DNA of 15,181 bases from a bacterium (GTDB taxonomy: Bacteria; Electryoneota; Electryoneia; Electryoneales; Electryoneaceae): assembly GCA_043801585.1 (NCBI GenBank), contig JAZDLX010000192.1, forward strand, positions 1 through 15,181. Reading direction: 5' to 3'. How positions within the stretch are numbered: position 1 is the stretch's first letter; the number at the start of each line of letters is the position of its first letter. A program made the position numbers and the translations under genes. The notes beneath the pieces were generated by a model that saw only the letters and a program-made list of their open reading frames with translations, was not told the DNA's origin and made no database searches. Below are positions 8,064-15,181 of the stretch, piece by piece.

Positions 8064-8102
8064 TCTCGGCAATTTTGCCGAGACACTCGGATGAGGGGTC
8101 GA
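8064..8102. promoter_or_regulatory. Putative enhancer (UAS): strong palindrome plus weaker tandem site
   Basis: TCTCGGCAA-TT-TTGCCGAGA (8064-8083, core TCGGCAATTTTGCCGA) and TCGGATGAGGGGTCGA (8087-8102), 21 bp apart. The main site is ~110 bp upstream of the sigma54 promoter. Confidence 0.72.
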
Positions 8103-8147
8103 AAAAACGGGAATTCCTTTTCGGGCTCCAAGTTCGGATTGACAAGG

Positions 8148-8160
8148 TAAAGTCTTGAGA
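8148..8160 (-). promoter_or_regulatory. Possible IHF binding site between the UAS and the sigma54 promoter
   Basis: Minus strand TCTCAA-GACT-TTA vs consensus WATCAA-N4-TTR (1 mismatch), next to an AT-rich tract. This is the usual position for the bending site at sigma54 promoters. Confidence 0.45.
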
Positions 8161-8190
8161 TGTTTTGCTTTACTAAACGAATGCCACGAT

Positions 8191-8206
8191 TGGCACAGGC
8201 TATGCA
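8191..8206 (+). promoter_or_regulatory. Sigma54 (RpoN) -24/-12 promoter for the 8257-8709 gene
   Basis: TGGCAC-AGGCT-ATGCA: GG-N10-GC spacing with 1 mismatch to consensus, 50 bp upstream of the ATG. Confidence 0.87.
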
Positions 8207-8256
8207 TTCCTTCGGGCAAACATCACGACGAAAACGAAAACCAAAGGACTGATACC

Positions 8257-8709
8257 ATGAAGACTGTGAAACTGCTGCTACTGCTGCTGACCGCACTGCT
8301 GATCACTTCAGCATCCGTTTTCGCCTCCGACAAAACGCCGGCACCCGTTCAGCACGGCCCCCGTTTCGTCGATCTCAACGGCGACGGTTTCAACGATAAC
8401 GCCCCTGACCTCGACGGCGACGGCATTCCCAACGGCCAGGATTCCGATTTTGTCCGTCCCCTTGACGGCAGCGGTTCCCGCCACGTCTGGGCCGAAAAAA
8501 GGGCCTTTATGTACCGCACACAAAGCACAGCAGGCGTTCGATTTATTGATGAGAATGGTGACGGAATCTGTGACAACGCAGGCAACGCAAATGGCTTTCA
8601 CCGAGGCTGTCGGTTGAGTCCCGTCAACGGCCAGGGAGCAATGACTCCCGGCGCCCATCGCCGCGCAGTGCTGCATGGAATGCGCTCCGGCACACAATCA
8701 TCCAAGTGA
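8257..8709 (+). CDS. Small secreted protein with three Dx[DN]xDG (TSP3/EF-hand-like) loops and a Gly/His/Arg-rich tail, 150 aa
   Basis: Start reassigned from the ORF-track TTG at 8155 to ATG 8257: SD AAGGA, position downstream of the promoter, and a clean signal peptide MKTVKLLLLLLTALLITSASVFA. Motifs FVDLNGDGFNDNAPDLDGDGIPNGQD and FIDENGDGICDN. Confidence 0.88.
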   Translation: MKTVKLLLLLLTALLITSASVFASDKTPAPVQHGPRFVDLNGDGFNDNAPDLDGDGIPNGQDSDFVRPLDGSGSRHVWAEKRAFMYRTQSTAGVRFIDENGDGICDNAGNANGFHRGCRLSPVNGQGAMTPGAHRRAVLHGMRSGTQSSK

Positions 8710-8751
8710 TTTTGACCCCACATCATCCCTGCCCATGGGATGCACCTCTCA

Positions 8752-8784
8752 GAAAAGCGGGACTCCCTATGGGTCCCGCTTTTC
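8752..8784 (+). terminator. Intrinsic terminator (symmetric A/T flanks)
   Basis: GAAAAGCGGGAC (8752-8763) / GTCCCGCTTTTC (8773-8784), 42 bp after the stop at 8709. Confidence 0.8.
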
Positions 8785-8922
8785 GATGCACCCGGATGGT
8801 ATCGGACGTCTCCAGGGAAAACGGGATTCGTTGAATAAGGTTGGTGTGCAGCGAAAAAATCGCCGATCTTGACGCCACTTCGTCCCTTGGAACAGAGTCA
8901 ACCACACAACTGGAGCCTTCCG

Positions 8923-9465
8923 ATGAATGCCCCACACATCCATCTTCTGGTCAATCACGTGCCGATCCTGGGTTCTGCGTTCGGGCTGTTTCTGCTTCTT
9001 CTCTCCCTGCATCCCCGTTTTGGAGCCAACGTTCGCAGGGCCGCGCTGGTTTTCTTTGTGGTCACAGGTCTTTTCTCCATTCTCTCGGTCCTTTCCGGAG
9101 ACGCAGCCCACGAATTGCTTCACGGCACTCCCGGTATCGTGTCGGCGAACGTTGAAGCCCACGAGGAAGCGGCCGATAAGGCCAGCATGGTTGCCATCAT
9201 AACCGGTCTCGCCGCTTTATTGATGCTGGTGATGGATTGGATGGGAAGGAAACTGCCCGGTTTCGTGCCCTGGCTGGTGTATCTGCTTGCTATTCTTACC
9301 TTTGCGTTGATGGTTTACACGGGTGAAGTGGGAGGACACATCCGGCATCCGGAGATCGTAAAAGGCTGGACGGCACAGGCTCATCGCTCGGAGACGGGGA
9401 ATAGTGCGGCGAAAACCGGCGAAACCCCTGGCGACACTGAACATCAACACGGAGATGACGATTAA
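8923..9465 (+). CDS. DUF2231-like four-TM membrane protein with conserved His residues, 180 aa
   Basis: N-terminal HIHLLVNHVP, SGDAAHE...VEAHEEAA, C-terminal GEVGGHIRHPEI; four hydrophobic helices. Start at ATG 8923 with SD GGAG. Confidence 0.78.
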   Translation: MNAPHIHLLVNHVPILGSAFGLFLLLLSLHPRFGANVRRAALVFFVVTGLFSILSVLSGDAAHELLHGTPGIVSANVEAHEEAADKASMVAIITGLAALLMLVMDWMGRKLPGFVPWLVYLLAILTFALMVYTGEVGGHIRHPEIVKGWTAQAHRSETGNSAAKTGETPGDTEHQHGDDD

Positions 9466-9612
9466 ATGATGTTTCCCCGGAGAGCCACTGTCCCCGGGGG
9501 CATCACGGATCGGCACAATCGAGTTGCCTTAACCGCGGCGGCGATCTAGATTGTGCGAACGAGCACATTCTGTGTGATTATTTATACTGGACTTAGCAAC
9601 ACTAGGAGCAGA

Positions 9613-10617
9613 GTGGCAGAACAAACGATGCATACGCGGATCATCCGCTCCACCTCCCACGACCCCTGGCACAACCTCGCCCTTGAAGAGGCGCTGCTGC
9701 AGGATGTGGCGCCGAACGAGGTTATCCTCTATCTCTGGCAGAACGAACACACGATTGTGATCGGTCGCAACCAGAACGCCTGGAAGGAAGCTCGTTGGAA
9801 AGAGCTGGAGGGTTCGAATGGGAAACTCGCACGTCGGCTTTCAGGCGGTGGTGCAGTGTACCATGACCTTGGAAACCTGAATTTCACCTTCGTCATGGAC
9901 CGCTCGTTGTACGACCTGCATCGCCAGCTCGAGGTCATTCTTCGGGGTGTGCGCAAACTGGGAATCGATGCGGAGTTTTCCGGCCGTAACGATCTCGTTG
10001 CGGATAGCCGTAAATTCTCCGGAAACGCCTTTTTGTTGACACCGGATGCCGGACTGCATCATGGTACCGTGCTGGTCAATGCAAAAATGGAGGATCTCGG
10101 GAAATACCTGCAGGTCAGTCAGGACAAGATCCAGTCCAAAGGCGTTACTTCGGTTCAATCCCGAATGGTCAATCTTACGGAGTTCAATCCGGAAATCACC
10201 GTCGAGAAGGTCGCCGCAGCGTTGCAGGAGGCGTTCCTGGAGGTCTACGGTGGTGAGGGAGAGGTACTTTCTCCGGCGGAAGTAGTGTCGGATCTGACCC
10301 CACTCTACGAGAAATTTTCGTCCTGGGAGTGGCGTTACGGCCGCACGCCCAAATTTGACGTATCCTTTACGACCCGGTTCGAGTGGGGAGGGGTGGAGAT
10401 CGGATTCACCCTCGAAGAAGGTCAGGTTTCCGCGTGCACGCTGTTCACGGATGCCATGGACAGTGAACTTTTCCCGGAGATCGCGGCCTACCTCGAGCAG
10501 ATTCCGTTCCACGCCGAGGCGATCCAGAAGAAGCTGGACGAGGTTCCCATGAGCGATGATTCCGACAAGCAGATAATCGCTGACTTGAAACAGTTCCTTG
10601 CGGAGCAGCAGGTTTAG
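9613..10617 (+). CDS. lplA: Lipoate-protein ligase A (catalytic domain plus C-terminal domain)
   Basis: DPWHNLALEE, LWQNEHTIVIGRNQNAWKE, RRLSGGGAVYHDLGNLNFTF, GRNDL, RKFSGNAF, HHGTVL, KIQSKGVTSVQSR, SWEWRYGRTPKF. Start at GTG 9613 (SD AGGAG 9604-9608) or ATG 9628. Confidence 0.95.
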   Translation: MAEQTMHTRIIRSTSHDPWHNLALEEALLQDVAPNEVILYLWQNEHTIVIGRNQNAWKEARWKELEGSNGKLARRLSGGGAVYHDLGNLNFTFVMDRSLYDLHRQLEVILRGVRKLGIDAEFSGRNDLVADSRKFSGNAFLLTPDAGLHHGTVLVNAKMEDLGKYLQVSQDKIQSKGVTSVQSRMVNLTEFNPEITVEKVAAALQEAFLEVYGGEGEVLSPAEVVSDLTPLYEKFSSWEWRYGRTPKFDVSFTTRFEWGGVEIGFTLEEGQVSACTLFTDAMDSELFPEIAAYLEQIPFHAEAIQKKLDEVPMSDDSDKQIIADLKQFLAEQQV

Positions 10618-10640
10618 GCGGATGAACCGCCGGAGGGGGT

Positions 10641-12383
10641 ATGCGCAGGCTTCATGGGACGGGACGTCAACGATTCACGGCCGCCGGTCTGGCGGCCCTG
10701 TTGTTGTTGCTCCTTTCAGCGAACGCCGTGCTCGCGGTCGACGTCCCCCCGGAACATGAAGTATACCGTTTCCTCACCCGCTGTGAACTGAAAGGCTACC
10801 TGGACACCCGCCTCTCACGTTCGCTTCCCTACAGCGAACGCGAGGTTGCATTGCTGCTCGCTGAGGCAATGAAACATCGCGCCCGGATGAACGGAGTCGA
10901 AGTGGGTCAGCTCGACCGTTTCCTGTTTCTCTTTGCACACGAACTCCCGGACAGCATAAACGTCGCGCGGACTCCCCTCGAATGGGAGCGCACTCGTGGG
11001 CAGCATCTCCCCTGGAAACCGCTGAAGATGTACAGCGATCCTCGGTGGGCATGGCACGCCAGCGGCGACGATTGGCTGATCGGCTTCAACCTGCACGCGG
11101 ATGCCGGCGTGGAGCAGGTGGACAACGGCGAAACACAGGGCTCCCTGAAGCGGATTGCCACAGGACTTTCCGCCTACGGCCGGTACGGAGATGTAGCGTT
11201 GCTGATGCACGTGCGGGATGCCCACCTCTCGGGGGACATCGAGCTTGCCGACCCCACACGGTACCCGATCCGTTTCAACGCCGACAGCAGGACCTCCGAC
11301 GGATTCGATTTCGACGAGACGGACGCGATGATCTCCTGGGAGCGAAACCACATCTACGCGATTTTCGGGAAAACCTCAAACCTCTGGGCGTCCGGCGCCA
11401 CGGGTTCCTTTTCGCTCTCCAACAATCCCAGCCCCTATACCCAGGCTCGTCTGAAACTCACCTTCGAGCCGCTCGAAGTCACGTGGGTTCAGGCCAAACT
11501 GATTCAGGACCCGCCGATCACCTGGCCCCTGACCACCGGAACGGACACGGTTGGCACGCAATACTCGGAAAAATGGGTCGCCGCCCACCGTTATGAATTC
11601 CGGGTCTTTCGCAACCTCCAGATTGGATTCTGGGACATGGTGGTGTACGGTTATCGAGGTATCGACTGGGACTACCTTCCGCCGACGACATTCCTCTGGT
11701 CGGCGGAACATTACAATCACGATCGGGACAACGTGCTGATGGGATTGGACCTCCGTCTGATTCCCGCCCGGGGATATGAAGTCGTGTTTTCATGGTTGCT
11801 CGATGAACTTCAGTTTTCGCAGCTTGGTTCGGATTGGTTCGGCAACAAACACGGTTACCAGCTCGGTGTGCACGCAGTGGACCCGCTGGGCATCGACAAC
11901 GGCGACTTGAACCTCGAATGGGCGATGCTGCGCCCCTATGTCTACACCCACACGCGGCCGATCAACGTCCCGCAGCATTACGGCGCCAACCTCGGTCTCC
12001 CGCTGCAGCCGAACAGCGCGGAATTCCTCGCCCGGTGGCGTCAGACAATTTCCCCGATCCTGAACGTCTGGACGCAGGGGACGCTGGTCCTTCACGGCGC
12101 GAATCCCCCCGACAGGAATGTTGGCGGAAGCATTCTCCAGCCCTATGATTTCGACAAGGACAGCGAACAAGTCAGTTTCCTCGAGGGCGATCTGGAAAAA
12201 ACCTGGATGGGAACGGTGGGGATCGAGTACGAGCTGGATCTTCGGCTTTTCCTCAGCACCTCCTTCAGCCTCGGCAGCTATCGACGTGAGCCGATCCTGG
12301 GGGACTCCATTTCCCGATCCATCAGCCGGTTTGACGTTTCGCTGACCTGGTTCCCCTTCCGCTGGCGTCAGGGTCCGATCTGA
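10641..12383 (+). CDS. Capsule assembly Wzi-family outer-membrane protein, 580 aa
   Basis: Signal peptide; N-terminal VPPEHEVYRFLTRCELKG...LPYS; WASGATGSFSLSNN; AAHRYEF; DNVLMGLD; RPYVYTH...LGLPLQPNS. These are recalled as typical of Wzi-like proteins. SD GGAGG; 23 bp after lplA. Confidence 0.75.
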   Translation: MRRLHGTGRQRFTAAGLAALLLLLLSANAVLAVDVPPEHEVYRFLTRCELKGYLDTRLSRSLPYSEREVALLLAEAMKHRARMNGVEVGQLDRFLFLFAHELPDSINVARTPLEWERTRGQHLPWKPLKMYSDPRWAWHASGDDWLIGFNLHADAGVEQVDNGETQGSLKRIATGLSAYGRYGDVALLMHVRDAHLSGDIELADPTRYPIRFNADSRTSDGFDFDETDAMISWERNHIYAIFGKTSNLWASGATGSFSLSNNPSPYTQARLKLTFEPLEVTWVQAKLIQDPPITWPLTTGTDTVGTQYSEKWVAAHRYEFRVFRNLQIGFWDMVVYGYRGIDWDYLPPTTFLWSAEHYNHDRDNVLMGLDLRLIPARGYEVVFSWLLDELQFSQLGSDWFGNKHGYQLGVHAVDPLGIDNGDLNLEWAMLRPYVYTHTRPINVPQHYGANLGLPLQPNSAEFLARWRQTISPILNVWTQGTLVLHGANPPDRNVGGSILQPYDFDKDSEQVSFLEGDLEKTWMGTVGIEYELDLRLFLSTSFSLGSYRREPILGDSISRSISRFDVSLTWFPFRWRQGPI

Positions 12384-12489
12384 TCATTTCGGCCTCCGGC
12401 GTCTCAGTCTGTTTAATGTCCTCAGCTATTCACGTTTCCCCGCGTTGCGTCGAACCGTACCTTTTCCTGCGAACCTTTTGGAAAAGACG

Positions 12490-12770
12490 ATGGCCGGTCA
12501 TCCCCTTGATTCACTTCTTGATCCTTGGCGTGATCCCGCAGCGGAGCACCCGCCGATCCCGTCAGCGCCCTCGAACTTCTCGAACTGGCTGAAAGCAACG
12601 TGGATCTCGACGGAGCTGTGGACTGGGCGGGATTTCACGACACAACGGCTCGTCCCGGCTACCTGACGTCCCTGCCTGACAACGAAACGCGCCTGCGCTG
12701 GTCGGACCTCGCGCTCCGGGCAATCCGGAAATCGAACTACACGATCGAAACACTGCTCGATCGCCTGTAA
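12490..12770 (+). pseudogene. Frameshifted, truncated 5' remnant of a larger gene (possibly the N-terminal extension of an AMP-binding/acyl-CoA ligase-type protein)
   Basis: ATG 12490 gives MAGHPLDSLLDPWRDPAA. A frame switch near 12545 continues as APADPVSALELLELAESNVDLDGAVDWAGFHDTTARPGYLTSLPDNETRLRWSDLALRAIRKSNYTIETLLDRL to TAA 12768-12770, with host-like GC-rich third codon positions. Confidence 0.55.
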
Positions 12771-12966
12771 TCGAAAGTGACCAGGGGCGGGGAAGTTGGA
12801 TCTTCCCGCTTTCAGCTTGCCAACTTTTTTGAAGATTCCAGACCAAAGAGACTACTGTTCAAACATTATAGAAACGTTGAGTTAATGTGCTGTACATCAC
12901 ATCATCGTATCATAAATTTCGCTATCAACGACAAGCACTGTCCACCGATTGTTCACGGGGGGGAGG

Positions 12967-14859
12967 ATGACACATCGCCGAATGACGCTGGCAGCTTTCA
13001 CCGCATCCATCTTCGTTTTCGCCTTGCTGTTCCAGCCATGCCTGGCTGTCGCCCAGTCCACCGGACGCACCAACATCGCGATCCTCGACCTTGAACTCTC
13101 CGGCGATATCAAAGAAGGCTACAGCCGCACCCTCTCGGACAAGCTCCGTCAGGAACTGTTCATGGTTGGCCGATACAATGTCATCGAGCGTTCACGAATG
13201 GAGGATGTGCTGAACGAACAGGGCTTTCAGTTGTCTTGCGTTTCGACGGAGTGCGCGGTTCAGGCGGGCCAGCTTCTCGGCGTGGAGGAGATAATCGCCG
13301 GTTCGCTGGGTTTAGTGGGCAACACCTATTCGTTGATCATTCGGCGGATCGATGTGGGGTCGGGGCAGATCATTGACCTGAAGAACGTGGATTGCCAGTG
13401 CAGCATCGATGAGGTGCTGTCGGTGAGCATGAAACAGGTTGCCTATATGATCTCTGGTCTCGCTGCCCCATCGTCTGAATATCAACCAGCCTTCCCCACG
13501 ACGCCGGTGACGAGAGCCAAAGGTGACCTCTTTGTCAAGTCCGACCCTGATGGGGCGGAGATCTTCATCGACGGCGAGAAGCGCCAAGGCATCACACCCC
13601 TTTTCCTGGAAGGGTTATCAGCGGGTCCGCACCAGATTCGTCTGGAGAAAGGGAACCTCGTTGGGGCCGCCTCTGTTTTTGTTGCTGCCGACCAGACCAC
13701 ACGTACAACGATCAAACTGGAGCAGGGGATGGCTTCCCTGCGAGTAATATCCGACCCATTCGATGCAACTGTCATCCTCGATGGTGAGACAGTCGGGGTC
13801 ACTCCTTTGACGCTGAATTCGGTTTCGGCTGGACAGCACACGGTCCGTCTTGAACTCAATGATTATTCGCCCCACGAAGAAACCCTATCCTTGGGAGCAG
13901 GAGAGTCGAAACGTGTTGAGGTGTCCCTCAAGAAGGCCGGGGGATTGATTATCGTCACGTCGAACCTGGCCCGTGCTGAGGTGACGGTTAACGGCAAATC
14001 TAAAACGGTCGATTTTCCGTTTCGCTCATCGACTCTCCTCGGTAGCCATGAGATCACAGTAAACGCGAAAGACCACGACCCCTTCCACACAACTGTTGAG
14101 GTCAACGAGGAAAAGGAATACCCGGTCCACGCTGAACTCGTGCGCCAGACCGGAGCCCTGAAGCTATCTTCTCTCCCCCTGAACACCGAGGTCTATCTGG
14201 ACGGCGAGTTGATCGGCACGGCTCCTCTCGGGGACCGAACTCTACCCACTGGATCCTACCACATCAAGTTAAGGAGACCGGGGTATGACGACGGTAAATC
14301 GAATGTCTTCATCACTGACGGACAGGCCCTGGAACCCGCATCCGACCTGGAGCGAAAGACTTTCCGTAAAGCATTGACACGTTCCCTGATTCTCCCTGGC
14401 AACGGACAAATGTATTTAAATCGAACTGTGAGGGGTGCCGTGATGATGGTCGGTGAGATCGCCAGTGTGACGATGCTCGCCAGTTCGATCTCGGACTACA
14501 ACCGGGAAGTTAAGTTCTACTGGGATGCGCGGGAGGACTACGACAATGCCATCCTACCCGAAGAGATCGCGTCCAGGTACGAGGATCGCATGAACGCTTA
14601 CAACAACGTGGAGGCGACCCGTAGCATGGTGGTCGCGTCGTCGGTGCTGGTGGCGGGGTTCTACATCTGGAGCGTGATCGACATCCTGTTGAACCCGACG
14701 GATCGCGGAGTCAGCATCACCTCTATGGATGACGCGAATAACTCCTCGGTCGCACTGCAATTTGGACTGGTTGCGTTACCCTCGAGGGAGGCGGGAGGAA
14801 GACTCGTGCCCGGTGTCGGATTTTCAATATCTTTTGGATGTGGGGGGGGCGGACAATGA
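12967..14859 (+). CDS. Secreted protein: CsgG/HfaB-like N-terminal domain, four PEGA domains and a DUF5683-like C-terminal region
   Basis: Signal peptide ending AVA-Q; IAILDLE...YNVIERSRMEDVLNEQGFQ...AGQLLGVEEIIAGSL...RIDVGSGQI. PEGA repeats include GDLFVKSDPDGAEIFIDG, SLRVISDPFDATVILDG...GVTPL and ALKLSSLPLNTEVYLDGELIGTAPL; then ALTRSLILPGNGQMY. Start at ATG 12967 or 12982. Confidence 0.88.
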   Translation: MTHRRMTLAAFTASIFVFALLFQPCLAVAQSTGRTNIAILDLELSGDIKEGYSRTLSDKLRQELFMVGRYNVIERSRMEDVLNEQGFQLSCVSTECAVQAGQLLGVEEIIAGSLGLVGNTYSLIIRRIDVGSGQIIDLKNVDCQCSIDEVLSVSMKQVAYMISGLAAPSSEYQPAFPTTPVTRAKGDLFVKSDPDGAEIFIDGEKRQGITPLFLEGLSAGPHQIRLEKGNLVGAASVFVAADQTTRTTIKLEQGMASLRVISDPFDATVILDGETVGVTPLTLNSVSAGQHTVRLELNDYSPHEETLSLGAGESKRVEVSLKKAGGLIIVTSNLARAEVTVNGKSKTVDFPFRSSTLLGSHEITVNAKDHDPFHTTVEVNEEKEYPVHAELVRQTGALKLSSLPLNTEVYLDGELIGTAPLGDRTLPTGSYHIKLRRPGYDDGKSNVFITDGQALEPASDLERKTFRKALTRSLILPGNGQMYLNRTVRGAVMMVGEIASVTMLASSISDYNREVKFYWDAREDYDNAILPEEIASRYEDRMNAYNNVEATRSMVVASSVLVAGFYIWSVIDILLNPTDRGVSITSMDDANNSSVALQFGLVALPSREAGGRLVPGVGFSISFGCGGGGQ

Positions 14860-15181
14860 AAGAACCACTCAATCCCAACGGAAAAATTGTCTGGGCATCA
14901 TCGACCACGGAGTTGAGAAGCCATCTGCTTCCGCTGCGCCCGGCAACAATCTTTCTTTTCACAACACTACTATTCGCGCTGTTGCTGATCCCCCCCTCCT
15001 GCGATGAGATGCCCGTGGACGAGGGGGAGCACGACAATCCCAAAGATCCAAAAAATCCTGGATATGTCAAGAATCAACCCCCATTCATACCGACCAATCC
15101 ATCTCCTGCAGATGATGCTACAGATGTATCTACCTCGACAACGCTTTCGTGGACCTGCAGCGATCCCAATGGCGATGCGCT
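14856..15181 (+). CDS. Partial (5' end only) putative lipoprotein with an Ig/FN3-like domain
   Basis: Absent from the ORF track because it runs off the window. ATGA overlap with the PEGA gene stop. Translates MKEPLNPNG...TIFLFTTLLFALLLIPPS-CDEMPVDEGEHDNPKDPKNPGYVKNQPPFIPTNPSPADDATDVSTSTTLSWTCSDPNGDA. Confidence 0.85.
   Translation, partial: MKEPLNPNGKIVWASSTTELRSHLLPLRPATIFLFTTLLFALLLIPPSCDEMPVDEGEHDNPKDPKNPGYVKNQPPFIPTNPSPADDATDVSTSTTLSWTCSDPNGDA

Noticed and set aside
8155..8256. 34-aa N-terminal extension of the 8155-8709 ORF
   Set aside because: It overlaps the sigma54 promoter and would mask the signal peptide. ATG 8257 has an SD and is the better start.
9467..9505. Imperfect hairpin after the DUF2231-like gene
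   Set aside because: Bulged stem, long loop and no U-tract; not convincing as an intrinsic terminator.
12445..12666. 73-aa ORF from the track as an intact small gene
   Set aside because: After about 12545 the protein-like sequence lies in another frame; better explained as part of the frameshifted remnant.

Overview
GC-rich bacterial chromosomal window; the protein families suggest a diderm of the FCB group (inference). Left to right: a DegP/HtrA protease (+); a minus-strand three-gene operon encoding a secreted Asp-loop/Trp-repeat protein, a beta-barrel-like outer-membrane protein and a Gly/Met-rich lipoprotein; a sensor kinase plus NtrC-family sigma54 activator (-); a divergent small secreted Asp-loop protein (+); a DUF2231-like membrane protein; lipoate-protein ligase; a Wzi-family protein; a frameshifted, truncated gene remnant; a CsgG-like/PEGA protein; and the 5' part of a lipoprotein. 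The most notable structure is an apparently self-contained sigma54 regulon. Both transcription units flanking the two-component system start from a canonical -24/-12 promoter, both have the same upstream palindrome TCGGCA-N4-TGCCGA in a tandem arrangement, and both begin with a secreted protein carrying the same 29-aa thrombospondin-3-like Ca2+-loop motif. Three distinct REP/REPIN-like palindrome doublets lie in intergenic spaces. No tRNA, rRNA, CRISPR array or transposase was recognised. All family calls come from motif recognition, not database searches.
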